This document shows, in pieces, positions 1 through 10,350 of a stretch of DNA of 64,000 nucleotides. The position numbers were made by a program, and so were the translations under genes. The notes beneath the pieces were generated by a model. It did no database searches and was not told the origin of the DNA. It was given only the letters and a program-made list of their open reading frames with translations. Position 1 is the stretch's first letter. Each line of letters opens with the position of its first letter. This stretch comes from an uncultured Fibrobacteria bacterium. Its GTDB lineage: Bacteria; Fibrobacterota; Fibrobacteria; UBA11236. Where the stretch lies: contig OY970309.1 of the NCBI GenBank assembly GCA_963716395.1, positions 640,001-704,000 on the forward strand. Direction: 5' to 3'.

Positions 1-586
1 GCAATTTGAGGGCGGGAGATCCCACTTTGTCGATCACCTCCAAGCAGAAGTCGATATGATCGCCTTGATATCCCGGGTGACCTTTCATGCTGGCGCCATC
101 CCTTGAATTCAGCGGCTCCAGACAAATCGTGACCCTCTGCTTTTCCGCATGTCCGACAATCTTTTTATAGCCTTCCACGCAATTGCGCAGGCCTTCTTCC
201 CGCGAGACAACGCTGCCCGGCCGGGCGCCCTCTTCGGGTACGCGCGTGTCGGCAAATCCGGTAAAAGTGATGACATTAGGAAAGCCCGCCTCCGCGTTCG
301 CGTTAATCGATGCCTCCAGCTTGCCCAGACACTCATCCCAATGCAATGGGTTATTCATCCCCCGCACAAATAGATGTGAGTTCGTCAAGGCGGAGACGAG
401 TCCATACCGTTTGAGCAGGGGAAATTCCTCCGGTGAAACGACCTCCAAGGCCGACACCCCAAAATCAACGGCCACGGTGCAGACTTTTTCGAGGGGCCAA
501 TGATCAGCTTGATCGCGCAAGCACCATGTCGTCAAAGCCGGCTTGAACTTCCCGCGCTTTTTCGCCTCAGAGATTGAACCCATCAT
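1..586 (-). CDS. Hydroxypyruvate isomerase / xylose isomerase-like TIM barrel protein (runs off window start)
   Basis: Not in the ORF track. Manual translation from ATG 586 (RBS AAGGAG) gives MMGSISEAKKRGKFKPALTTWCL...NVITFTGF...TICLEPLNSRDGASMKGHPGYQGDH, typical of Hyi-like TIM barrels. Confidence 0.85.
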   Translation of the reverse strand, partial: MMGSISEAKKRGKFKPALTTWCLRDQADHWPLEKVCTVAVDFGVSALEVVSPEEFPLLKRYGLVSALTNSHLFVRGMNNPLHWDECLGKLEASINANAEAGFPNVITFTGFADTRVPEEGARPGSVVSREEGLRNCVEGYKKIVGHAEKQRVTICLEPLNSRDGASMKGHPGYQGDHIDFCLEVIDKVGSPALKL

Positions 587-1036
587 CCCACTCCTTGTTG
601 AATCGTATCACTCATCGCGCCCATGCGCGACTCCCCCGATAAGACACGCGCCGATACGATTTCGACGGCGCTCACATTAACAATCACCCCTACCCGGCAC
701 CCCTGCCCCACGGATGATTTAACAATTTTTCAGCCTCGGAAGAGCCCGGGAATTTGCCAAAGAGCTTGAAATTGCCAATACGGATAAAAATTTAACTCCA
801 GACAAATTCAAATTCGGCCAGCAAGGCGGCCGGGAGTGGGATATATTTTCGAAGATGTTTAGAACCCATCGAAAAGTCCTGGTGAAGGTGCGGGAAACAG
901 CCTGCGTTTAAGTTCGTGACGAGCTTCCCTTACGGCGGATTGAGATGGTAAGAAGTTTTTGGAAGCGAAATATTTTAAACTTCAGGCCCACAAAAACTCC
1001 GAAGATACTTGGGGATTGATTTCATCGAAAGGAAGA

Positions 1037-3325
1037 ATGATGGACAGTATGCGATTTACCGTGGCGCTTTTTTGCGTTTTGGAATTGGGATTCAGCGCCA
1101 CACCGATAATGAAATCCGGATCCTGTCCGACTTTGACGCGCTATAACGCGCCTTCTTCGGACGATTGGTCCCAATTTCCCATCAAACCGACGCCCTCTTC
1201 ACAGTTTCCCACCGGGACGCTTCAAAACCCTTTACCGGCAGATTCATCCATCAATTGCATTCAGGTGCCCACCGGCATGCATTTGGAGCTCTGGGCCGAC
1301 GAAACCATGCCGGGTAATATCGCCTATGTCCAGTCCTTTACTTTCGATGAGCGGGGTAGAATGTGGGTTGTTGAACCGCGGGATTATCCCAATACCATCG
1401 TGGCCGCCAGCGGTAACAATCACGATGCCAAGTTCACCGGTGGGCTTGGCCGCATTCTCATACTAGAGGATACCAATGGCGACCACGTCATGGATAAGGC
1501 CACGGTTTTCAAGGACAGCCTGAATCTACCCCAAGGGATAGAAGTGGTAAATGGCGGCGTAGTGGTTGCCATGGGTCCTTATCTGGTTTTCTTTCCCAAT
1601 GTCAATGATCATGCGGGCACACCTAAAATTCTCTGGCAGGGCATGGGCCCCACCGGTAACTATGATACCCATGGCGGAATAAATAGCCTCATGTATGGTC
1701 TGGATAATTGGGTTTACGGGCATACAGGTTATAACACGTGCACGACTTCGAACGGTGACGCGGGCAATGGCGTGAATTGCGGCAATGGAAGCGTTTGGCG
1801 CTTTCAGCATACGGCCATCGGCGACGCCACCACGAATTTTCAGGTTTGGTCCACCGGGCCTTCAAATGCGCATGGCATCGGTCAAATGGAAGACGGAGAA
1901 ATTTTCCAATCCGGTGCTACGGGCTCATCCCATTCCAGCTTTTCCATCGGCAACGGATTGGCTTCCATCTCGGATATCACTAGTAATGGAAGCCCAGCCA
2001 ACGCCTATTATCCGATCACGGGCGATCGCTACTTGTGGGATTTTTCCACCGCAGGTGGAAGCGGAACCGCCAGCGTTTCTACCGCGACATCCGGCCACAA
2101 CTTTTACACTTCGAGAGTTTTCCCGCAAAGATACTGGAGCCGCATGTCCTTCGTTTGTGAGGGCGCCAGCAAGCTGTGCAATCAAGACAGCATGGCTGTC
2201 AACACCAACGGCAGCAATACCGGCAGTGGCTGGAACGCCATTCGTCTTCCCGGCCCCTCGACTTCGAATATCTTCGCCTCCACCGACGCTTGGGTGGCCC
2301 CGATTCTGGTCAAAACCGGTCCGGACGGCGCGCTGTGGGTGTTGGATTGGTACAACTACCTGTTTCTCCACAACCCTGCCTCTCCATCGGGACCTGGCGG
2401 GGCGTGGGTTAACGCTCTGCGCACCAAAACGCGCTGCCGCATTTACCGCATTGTTCCGGACAACGCGACTTTGGACCCCGTTCTCGATCTCACCAACGCC
2501 ACGGATGCCCAATTGGTGGCGACGCTTTCCAATCAAAACTTCTTGTGGCGCATGCAAGCCCAGCGCCTGCTGGTAGGCCGCGGCGCCTCCATTGACACGG
2601 CCACTTTGACCTTGTTGCAAAACATCTTACAGACCAGCCGCGCCGTCGACGCCATCGGCAACGATCCGGCGGTGACCCATGCCGTATGGGTACTTAACGG
2701 CTTGGGTCAATTCACCGCCAACCCGACCCGTTGGAATCCCATCTTGGATACCTTGTTGCACCACCCGGCCTGGGGAACGCGGCGCAACGTATTGATGGCC
2801 ATGCCCCGAACCGCAGCCACAGCGCAGGCTATCAGCGATGCATGCATGGTCAATGATGTCCATGGACATGTGCGCCTGCAAGCCCTCTTCGCCTTGGCGG
2901 CCTCGCCCAAAATTACCAGCCCCACGCCGATTTGGTCGACCTACGCCAATGTGGATGCCGCGGCCACGAGCGCTGTCCAATCAGCCGGTCTTGCGACTTC
3001 GGCATCCATGCCTTGCACTCCGACCTATGCCACCGCCGTGCAGCAACCTGCCACGATGTCTTCGCAACCTCGAAACGACGTGCATTTCGATGTTACCGCA
3101 GATGGGTTTGCATTGAAGCCCTACGGTCAATTGCCTTCGGGCGAACTGGTGGTTTACAACATTCGTGGAGAAGTTGTGTTCCGCTCCGAATACGACGAGA
3201 GCCGGTTTCAATGGTCCCAGGCTTCGGCCAAAGGTTTGCACAATCCGTTGTATTTCTACGTGTACCGTCCGTTCAGCGGAATTGGGATACAAAGCGGAAG
3301 CATTCCGATTGGGGTGAGTTACTAG
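1037..3325 (+). CDS. Secreted PVC-type (DUF7133-like) dehydrogenase beta-propeller with HEAT-like helices and a C-terminal export tag
   Basis: Signal peptide. Motifs FTFDERGRMWVVE, ILEDTNGDHVMDKATVF, GPDGALWVLDWYN, WRMQAQRLL. C-terminal VYNIRGEVV..LYFY. Start could be 1037 or 1049. Confidence 0.75.
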   Translation: MMDSMRFTVALFCVLELGFSATPIMKSGSCPTLTRYNAPSSDDWSQFPIKPTPSSQFPTGTLQNPLPADSSINCIQVPTGMHLELWADETMPGNIAYVQSFTFDERGRMWVVEPRDYPNTIVAASGNNHDAKFTGGLGRILILEDTNGDHVMDKATVFKDSLNLPQGIEVVNGGVVVAMGPYLVFFPNVNDHAGTPKILWQGMGPTGNYDTHGGINSLMYGLDNWVYGHTGYNTCTTSNGDAGNGVNCGNGSVWRFQHTAIGDATTNFQVWSTGPSNAHGIGQMEDGEIFQSGATGSSHSSFSIGNGLASISDITSNGSPANAYYPITGDRYLWDFSTAGGSGTASVSTATSGHNFYTSRVFPQRYWSRMSFVCEGASKLCNQDSMAVNTNGSNTGSGWNAIRLPGPSTSNIFASTDAWVAPILVKTGPDGALWVLDWYNYLFLHNPASPSGPGGAWVNALRTKTRCRIYRIVPDNATLDPVLDLTNATDAQLVATLSNQNFLWRMQAQRLLVGRGASIDTATLTLLQNILQTSRAVDAIGNDPAVTHAVWVLNGLGQFTANPTRWNPILDTLLHHPAWGTRRNVLMAMPRTAATAQAISDACMVNDVHGHVRLQALFALAASPKITSPTPIWSTYANVDAAATSAVQSAGLATSASMPCTPTYATAVQQPATMSSQPRNDVHFDVTADGFALKPYGQLPSGELVVYNIRGEVVFRSEYDESRFQWSQASAKGLHNPLYFYVYRPFSGIGIQSGSIPIGVSY

Positions 3326-4265
3326 AACCCATCTCATTCGTTTTTGTTCCACCGAAGGCTGAGAAACCGCCGCCGCAGTGCACCGCAACCCGGGGCGCTG
3401 CGGTTGCCGAAGGAAGGGATTAGACGCGTTGAATGCTCCTTGCTGGAACTCCGGTAATTTCATTCACTATTCCGTCCACCACTTCCTTCGGATGCGGAGT
3501 ACGGGGTAGTTCACTAACCCTTTGCTATCAAAAAATTTTCGGTGGCTCGACGTGAACCGATGCAGATCCACCGCGTTCGGTAACGCGAAATGGGAGCGCG
3601 CGTCTTATCCGGTGTGACTTTTGACCGATTCATTTGATCATGCAAGTTTGGCCCGATCGGCGGTCCAGCATCGGATTGGCCTTTCGCCATTCGGAGCAAT
3701 GCCCGTATGACGGACGCCGTCTCCGATGAGGAATGCTCCGGTAAGCGCGCGCAGGGGTGATCAAAAACTTTTTTGGGTTGAAGCGATACCCAAATTGCGG
3801 GGGTCAAAGCGGGACGTCGGCGAAAAATCCAAGCCATCAAGCCCGGTTCCAATTCCGGTGCAAATGTCCTGGAACTCGTGCCCCGGCGGATCGACAAAAG
3901 CAAAGCGTCAACGGGGCGGTTGGGCTTTGCAAAATAATCGGAGCAGGCCAGCCAGATGGCGTCGATGACGCTAAAAAGCCCGAACTGCACAGCGCCCAAT
4001 TCTAGGCTCCGGTTCACTTCTATCCTATAAACCCTTCGAGCAAGAACAGAACAAAAAAGGCGCGGCTCGCCTGTCGGCTCGGATTTTGGTCCGGCCAATG
4101 CATCGTCTGGGATTATGGTTCCGCTTGCCTGCAGGACGAGTTTCTTGGAGCGAAGTAACCGTCGCTTCGAAAAACAACCGAAAAGCTTCGGAATCCCGGA
4201 AGGGAAATCAAACGCGCGTTGGTTTTCGCGGGAAAGAATATCTACGAACCAAAAATGGCGAGATC

Positions 4266-4302
4266 AAAAAACCGGCCGGGAAGATTAATCCCCGTGCCGG
4301 TT
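4266..4302 (-). terminator. Rho-independent terminator of the porin gene
   Basis: AACCGGC-CGGG...CCCG-T-GCCGGTT stem preceded by an A-run (U-run on the minus strand). Confidence 0.6.
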
Positions 4303-4353
4303 GTCAGGTGCGGCGCCCCGATGGGGCAACCGCGTTCACATTTCGCGTTTAGA

Positions 4354-5364
4354 CTAGAGAGCGTACTGAAGGTTGAGTTCGGCAATCGGCTGGTATTTCG
4401 CGCCGTCGGCAGCCGGAGCGAACCCCTGGAAATCCGCCGCAATTTTAACGCCTTTGGCCGGGTCATAATCCAAACCACCAATGATTCGGCTTCCGTCTTT
4501 GCCAGCCTTGTCCCAATCGATGCCATTTATGGACTTCGAACTCAGATAATCAAACCGACCGAAGACGTAGAGGCCTTTTTGAATGTAGTAGGCCGCATTT
4601 CCGGAAAAACCACCCCAGTCATGATCCTTGGTTCCACCATTCGCGGTTTGATAGTCATATTCACCGCCGATCTTGAACACGTCTTTCATTTCATAGGCGA
4701 GGAATCCGCTATAGGTCATTTGCGATTGGGCGGTGTTTTTATTATAGGTGTCCCAATACGCGATGGCCTCGAAACCGCTCATTTTATACTCGGCGGAAAG
4801 CGTACCCATATAATTTCCGTCGGAAGCCTGGGGTTTCGTGTATCCTTCGCCGTTCAACAATTCTCCATTGAGCGTCAGACCATCGGCAACGTTCACGGCG
4901 AGCTTGGCTCCCAAATCCGCCGAATTTGCAAAACCATTCTGATCCATGAAAGTTTTGGCTACGAATCGGTTGCCCCAGAATCCTTCGATGGCATCGAATG
5001 CATTGGTTCCCACCAAACCCATCTGCACCGTGGTCATGGGAAGAATGTCTTTCCATTTCAAACCAGCAGTTTTCAAAAATGCGGTATAGTGGGTATCGCC
5101 ACCGATTCCGCGACCCACATCCAACTTCACATCACCCGACAAGCCGTTGGCATAATCTTCCTTATATCCGAAATAGGCGCGGGTCAAATCGAATTGCGAG
5201 GCCGGGGCCGCATTGTCTTGGAAGTTATACATCCAATCGGCATACACTTTGACAATCGGGGCACCCTTGGGCGTATCCGCCGAGGCAGCATCATCCGCGC
5301 TCGACAAAGCGACGAATGCAGCTAAAGCCATCGATGAATAAAGAATCGTCTTGGGTGTTGGCAT
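4354..5364 (-). CDS. Outer membrane porin (phosphate-selective OprO/P-like)
   Basis: RBS AGGAG before ATG 5364, signal peptide, FDLTRAYFGY and AFLKTAGLKW motifs, alternating beta strands, ends LNLQYAL. Confidence 0.7.
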   Translation of the reverse strand: MPTPKTILYSSMALAAFVALSSADDAASADTPKGAPIVKVYADWMYNFQDNAAPASQFDLTRAYFGYKEDYANGLSGDVKLDVGRGIGGDTHYTAFLKTAGLKWKDILPMTTVQMGLVGTNAFDAIEGFWGNRFVAKTFMDQNGFANSADLGAKLAVNVADGLTLNGELLNGEGYTKPQASDGNYMGTLSAEYKMSGFEAIAYWDTYNKNTAQSQMTYSGFLAYEMKDVFKIGGEYDYQTANGGTKDHDWGGFSGNAAYYIQKGLYVFGRFDYLSSKSINGIDWDKAGKDGSRIIGGLDYDPAKGVKIAADFQGFAPAADGAKYQPIAELNLQYAL

Positions 5365-5520
5365 ATTCTCACTCCTTTTTTTGTCCTCCGAGCTCTCTGA
5401 ATTTCGAGCCGGTTTGAACGTGATGAGCGGAAACAATAATCAGAAGAATCGAAATATCCCAGTGAAGAAGAAGAGAAAATCAGGTAAGCAATCGATTCGA
5501 TCTTTTTTTTATCGGATCGA

Positions 5521-5540
5521 TGTTTCCAAAGTGTTACCAA
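5521..5540 (-). promoter_or_regulatory. Putative OmpR/PhoB-type tandem box upstream of the porin
   Basis: TGTTTCCAA (5521) and TGTTACCAA (5532) are direct repeats with an 11-bp period. Confidence 0.4.
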
Positions 5541-6197
5541 CTCACAAAATTAGTGATCAATCCAAATAATATTCTTAGCTACCGATTCGGCGATTGATTC
5601 CGGCAATTTTTTGAATTCCGCGCCCTTCCCCGGGACCTTTCCCAGGAGGAAGGGAAGTAGTGAAAATTGGCGCGAAATCCAAAGTGGATGCACATGCGAA
5701 TGATGAATAAATCGACGTTCCGAATATTCGTTTGATCCAATCAAATTCGGCACGAAATGGCTGTTAGAAATAAAATTTGTGCGCGGGTTGCGCCGGTTGA
5801 AAAAATCCCGTCCCCGCTTTTCCAATATCCTTGAAATTCCAACCGGAACCGTAAAAGACGCCTCGCCAACCTTCGCTTTCTCACCCCGGAGAAAAATGCC
5901 GATAGCCGTTTAGTGAAAACCGGCTTCCATCGGCCGCATGGGTTTCTGCGGCCCACCCATACGTATCATACACGTTACTATTGAGGATTCGTCGAGATTC
6001 AAAATATTTCCCGGCCCTATTTGCGGTATGGCGGAAGCCCAACCTGACCCGGAGACCGGGTCGAATTCGGAACCGCTTACCCGCGGCAATCTTTATCAGC
6101 CCCATCCGCTTGGAAGCAATTTTCCCGCTCGAAAAGGCTTCTGTCCGACCGCGATGCCATGTATTTTGAAATACCCAACGGAAAAGGGAGGTAATCA

Positions 6198-7325
6198 GTG
6201 GCCAAAAAAATCAATATCGGTATCGTAGGACTCGGATTCGGGGCGGAGTTCATCCCCATCTACCAGAAGCACCCCCACGCGAACATGCACTCCATCTGCC
6301 AGCGGAATCCGGAGAAGCTGAAGAAAGTCGGAGACGCCTTCAAAGTGGAAAAGCGTTTTATCGACTACGAGGAAATGCTCAAAGATTCGGGATTGGACGC
6401 CGTCCACATCAATTCGCCCATTCCCGACCACGCCGGCATGTCCATTGCCGCACTGAAAGCGGGCAAGCACGTGATGTGCACCGTGCCCATGGCGACCACG
6501 GTGGAAGATTGCCACGCCATCGTGGATACCGTGCGCAGCACCGGATTGACCTATATGATGGCGGAAACCGTGGTTTACGCGCGCGAATTCCTGTTCTTGA
6601 AAGACCTGTATGAAAAAGGCGAGCTCGGCAAAATCCAGTTTCTGCAAGCCAGCCACCATCAGGATATGGACGGTTGGCCTAATTATTGGCCCGGACTTCC
6701 GCCCATGTACTATGCCACCCATTGTGTGTCGCCCTGTCTCGCCTTGACCCGTGCCGATGCGGAAATTGTTTCCTGTTTCGGCTCTGGCACCATCCGCCAC
6801 GAGTTGATCGGCAATTACAACTCCCCCTTCGCGGTGGAAAGCTGCCATATCAAGTTCCGCGGATCGGACCTTTCCGCCCGGGTTTACCGCTCCCTTTTCG
6901 ATACCGCGCGGCAGTACCGGGAAAGCTTCGACGTCTTCGGAAGCAAGAAAACTTTCGAATGGCCGCTGGTCGAAGGAGAACAGCCGATCCTCCACACCGC
7001 GAAGAAACCGGAACACGAAATTCCCGCCCGGGTCAAGGTGCCGGATTTCGCCCACCTGCTGCCGCCGGAAATCCAGCCTTTCACGACTCGAGGCGTTTAC
7101 GATGAGAAGGACAATGCCCATCTCTCCTTCATCCAGGGCGCCGGGCACGGAGGTTCGCACCCGCATTTGGTCCATGCTTTCGTATCGGCGCTGGTCGAAG
7201 GCCGCCAACCTTTTCCCAACCATGTCCAGGCGGCCAACTGGACTTGTTCCGGAATCCTGGCCCACCAATCCGCTTTTCGGAACGGCGAGCCGCTGCGCCT
7301 GCCGGAATGGACTTTTACCTGGTAG
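6198..7325 (+). CDS. Gfo/Idh/MocA family oxidoreductase
   Basis: IGIVGLGFG Rossmann motif, GKHVMCTVPMA, GHGGSHPHL; RBS GGAGG before GTG. Confidence 0.9.
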   Translation: MAKKINIGIVGLGFGAEFIPIYQKHPHANMHSICQRNPEKLKKVGDAFKVEKRFIDYEEMLKDSGLDAVHINSPIPDHAGMSIAALKAGKHVMCTVPMATTVEDCHAIVDTVRSTGLTYMMAETVVYAREFLFLKDLYEKGELGKIQFLQASHHQDMDGWPNYWPGLPPMYYATHCVSPCLALTRADAEIVSCFGSGTIRHELIGNYNSPFAVESCHIKFRGSDLSARVYRSLFDTARQYRESFDVFGSKKTFEWPLVEGEQPILHTAKKPEHEIPARVKVPDFAHLLPPEIQPFTTRGVYDEKDNAHLSFIQGAGHGGSHPHLVHAFVSALVEGRQPFPNHVQAANWTCSGILAHQSAFRNGEPLRLPEWTFTW

Positions 7326-7368
7326 CCTTCGCCTGAGGCGGGTGCCGGCCCGCGAACAGTTCGAATAA

Positions 7369-7395
7369 GGGGGCTTGCATGCAAGCCCCTTTTTC
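7369..7395 (+). terminator. Rho-independent terminator
   Basis: Perfect palindrome GGGGCTTGCATGCAAGCCCC followed by TTTTT. Confidence 0.65.
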
Positions 7396-7557
7396 CAATC
7401 TCCGATTGAGGGTAACGCGGCTGATCGGCTCGCCTACATCGGTGAGGCCTGAACCCGTCGAAGGCCGAGTCCGCGCGAGCATCCGCTTACGGTCCGAGCG
7501 ACGAAGGCGAGCGACAGGGCAGAGTTATTTTTCATGTTTCCAGGAAAAGGAATCAGT

Positions 7558-8451
7558 ATGAACATTCGCCCCACAACTTTCGGTGGCCACGCCGCCGTTG
7601 AAATCAAGACGACGCGGGCCCGCATGATCCTCGTTACCGAAACCGGACCTCGCATCGCGCATTTGTCCGCCCTCACGCGCAAAGCCGAAACGCGAAATCT
7701 TCTGTTTTGGGATGACGCCAAGAAACACCGCCGCAAAGAGTGGCGGTTGCACGGCGGCCATCGCATTTGGGCCACGCGTCCCGGAGCCGATGAAGCCGAA
7801 GAAACCTATGCCGCGGACAATGCGCTGTGCGCAGTACGCGTAAACAAGAATCGCGTGGTGGTGGAAGCTCCCGAGTCTTTGGGGATCGCAAAATCCCTCG
7901 CCGTTCGAGTGTTGGACGAGGCGACGTTCGAGGTGAACAACTCCATCGTCAATACGGGCAGCATGCTCTGGTCGGGCGGCGTTTGGAGTTTAACCTGCAC
8001 CGTTCCGACCCGAGCCACCAGCTACGGCATTCCCCTGGGAGATCACAGCGCGTGGGACACCTTCGCCATCGTCATTCCCAGAACCTGGGGCGGCGGACAA
8101 ACCTCGCGTATCAACGACTCCCAGATTTCCATGACCGAACACTGCATGGTCATCAAGCCTGCGGGGCGGCAAAGCAAACGCATGGTGCAGGCCCCGCAAG
8201 GATTGATCGGTATGACCGATACCGCGGAGAAAATTTCCTTCTGGAAGCATTCGCCCTATGTGCGCGGCGCGCCTTACCCGTTGAACTGCAACGTGGCTTT
8301 TTACATCGGTCCGAAAAATTTCATGTTTGAAATGGAAACCATGGGGGCCGAGAAAACCTTGAAGCCGGGCGAGGCGGCCCGCAATGTCGAAACCTGGGCC
8401 CTGCGCGATCCCGTGGATTGGAAAAAAGCGAAAAGCTTCGCGATTGATTAG
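7558..8451 (+). CDS. Hypothetical protein, galactose mutarotase-like beta-sandwich (DUF4380-like)
   Basis: GPRIAH, GGHRIW and EMETMG..TLKPGE...ETW motifs; RBS AAAGGA. Confidence 0.6.
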   Translation: MNIRPTTFGGHAAVEIKTTRARMILVTETGPRIAHLSALTRKAETRNLLFWDDAKKHRRKEWRLHGGHRIWATRPGADEAEETYAADNALCAVRVNKNRVVVEAPESLGIAKSLAVRVLDEATFEVNNSIVNTGSMLWSGGVWSLTCTVPTRATSYGIPLGDHSAWDTFAIVIPRTWGGGQTSRINDSQISMTEHCMVIKPAGRQSKRMVQAPQGLIGMTDTAEKISFWKHSPYVRGAPYPLNCNVAFYIGPKNFMFEMETMGAEKTLKPGEAARNVETWALRDPVDWKKAKSFAID

Positions 8452-8646
8452 AACGCGTCGGGTACCGCGAATTGGCGATTAACCGGCTTTCCGACCCGAC
8501 CTCCGAGTTTTCACCGGGGTATCTGCAACGGTACTCCGGCGCCGCGTTCCGATGGTTTTCGCCCCATTTTTTCCTCATCGCGATGCGACCGGCCCCTTTG
8601 TGCCGACTTACCTTTTCAGCGAGGTTCAAGAAAGCGTCAGGCAGTT

Positions 8647-10203
8647 TTGTCCGGTCCATCCCGTTTTGCCTGGCTGTGCAAAATCCGCGATTCGGATTGC
8701 GCTTATGAAGTGTCGCGCGATATTTTCTTGCGCTGCCAAGGCGCCTTGTATTGCATCGCTTTCTTGGTGGCCGCGAATCAACTGCTTCCGCTTTTAGGCC
8801 ACAACGGGCTTTTGCCCATGGATCGATTCCGCACGCGCGGCATCGAATATTTCGGGTCGACTTGGTCTGCATTTTTCCATCTGCCTTCGATTTTCTGGTG
8901 GCATGTTTCCGACGCCTGGCTTTTAGCCCTGGCCTGGACAGGCGTAGGCCTGGCGGCCTTTACGGCTTTGGCCGGCGCTTCGCTTCCCCTGCTGCTGGCG
9001 CTGTGGATCATTTACCAGTCCATCGTCAACATGGGCCAGGTGTTTTACGGCTACGGCTGGGAAACCCTGCTGCTGGAAACCGGATTTCTGTCCTTATTCC
9101 TCTGCCCGGCTGGCATCGGGTTCTACCCGCTGCGAAAGCCGCCGCCGGCGCGCGCCGTGTTCTGGCTCTTGCGCTGGCTGTGCTTCCGCCTCATGTTCGG
9201 CGCCGGCATGATCAAACTGCGCGGCGATCCCTGCTGGATTCATCTGACCTGCATGGATTACCACTACGAAACCCAGCCGTTACCCAACCCGCTCAGTCCC
9301 TGGCTGTATCATTTGCCGCATGCCTGGCATCGGGTCGAAAGTGCCGGCTCGCTGTTCGTGGAGGTGATCATCCCCTTCCTGGTGTTCGGCCCGCGCCGCC
9401 TGCGAATTCTGGCCGGAGCCTTGATGATATTCTTTCAGGGGATTTTGATCCTGAGCGGCAATCTCTCCTGGCTCAACTACGCCACCATCGCCATCTGCTT
9501 TGCCTGTTTCGACGACGGGGTGTGGCGCCGCGTGTTGCCGCGCCCGGTGTTCCGGTGGCTGGCGGGACGGAAGACCACCGATTCCGCGCCGCCGGAAACA
9601 GCCGCGACGGGCCGCGTGCGGGTGTGGATCGTTCGGGCACTGCTGGCCGTGATGGCCGTGCTCAGCGTGCGGCCCGCCTGGAATCTCGTCAGCCCCAACC
9701 AAGAGATGAACGCCTCATTCGATCCGCTGCATCTGGTCAATGCCTATGGAGCCTTCGGCAGCGTGGGGCGGGAGCGCAACGAAATCATTCTTTCCGGCAC
9801 CCGGGAGGATCCGGCTTCGGATACGGCCCATTGGCGCGAGTATGAATTCAAATGCAAACCGGGAAGCGTGAACCGGCGGCCCTGCGTGGTCGCCCCCTAC
9901 CAGTTGCGCCTCGATTGGCAAATGTGGTTTGCGGCCATGGAATCGCCGGAAGACAATCCCTGGCTGTTCCGCCTGGTGTGGCAATTGTTGCAAAACCGCC
10001 CCGGAGCTTTGAGCCTCATCGCGGGCAACCCCTTTCCGCATAAGCCCCCGCGCTCTATCAAGGGTGATTTGTACCGCTACCACTTTGCGGGGCGGGACGC
10101 ACCCCCGGGCGTGTGGTGGCGGCGTCAAAAACTGGGCGTGTATTTTCCACCTTTATATCTCGATCACGGCGATCTCAAAGCTGCGGATCAAACAAGCCCG
10201 TAA
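8647..10203 (+). CDS. Lipase maturation factor (LMF1) family membrane protein
   Basis: GQVFYGYGWETLLLETGFL, FGAGMIKLRGDPCW, YHYETQPLPNP, SGNLSWLN, PYQLRLDWQMWF. Start uncertain. Confidence 0.9.
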   Translation: MSGPSRFAWLCKIRDSDCAYEVSRDIFLRCQGALYCIAFLVAANQLLPLLGHNGLLPMDRFRTRGIEYFGSTWSAFFHLPSIFWWHVSDAWLLALAWTGVGLAAFTALAGASLPLLLALWIIYQSIVNMGQVFYGYGWETLLLETGFLSLFLCPAGIGFYPLRKPPPARAVFWLLRWLCFRLMFGAGMIKLRGDPCWIHLTCMDYHYETQPLPNPLSPWLYHLPHAWHRVESAGSLFVEVIIPFLVFGPRRLRILAGALMIFFQGILILSGNLSWLNYATIAICFACFDDGVWRRVLPRPVFRWLAGRKTTDSAPPETAATGRVRVWIVRALLAVMAVLSVRPAWNLVSPNQEMNASFDPLHLVNAYGAFGSVGRERNEIILSGTREDPASDTAHWREYEFKCKPGSVNRRPCVVAPYQLRLDWQMWFAAMESPEDNPWLFRLVWQLLQNRPGALSLIAGNPFPHKPPRSIKGDLYRYHFAGRDAPPGVWWRRQKLGVYFPPLYLDHGDLKAADQTSP

Positions 10204-10350
10204 CGTCCACCATGGATTTTCTTTTTGTAAAAAAATGCCAAGCATTCTGTAGTTGCGATTTCCAATAAAATCATCGCGGCCTCAAGGTGAAATTTTTACA
10301 GCCCCCGCTCCGGGATGCATCTTTGCAATTAGTCACCGAGGGTTTTCGCC

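Noticed and set aside
4219-5325. 368-aa plus-strand ORF
   Set aside because: Antisense shadow of the porin, which has the RBS, signal peptide and family motifs.
5745-5765. Sigma54-like CGGCACGAAATGGC
   Set aside because: GG-to-GC spacing is 9 nt rather than the required 10.
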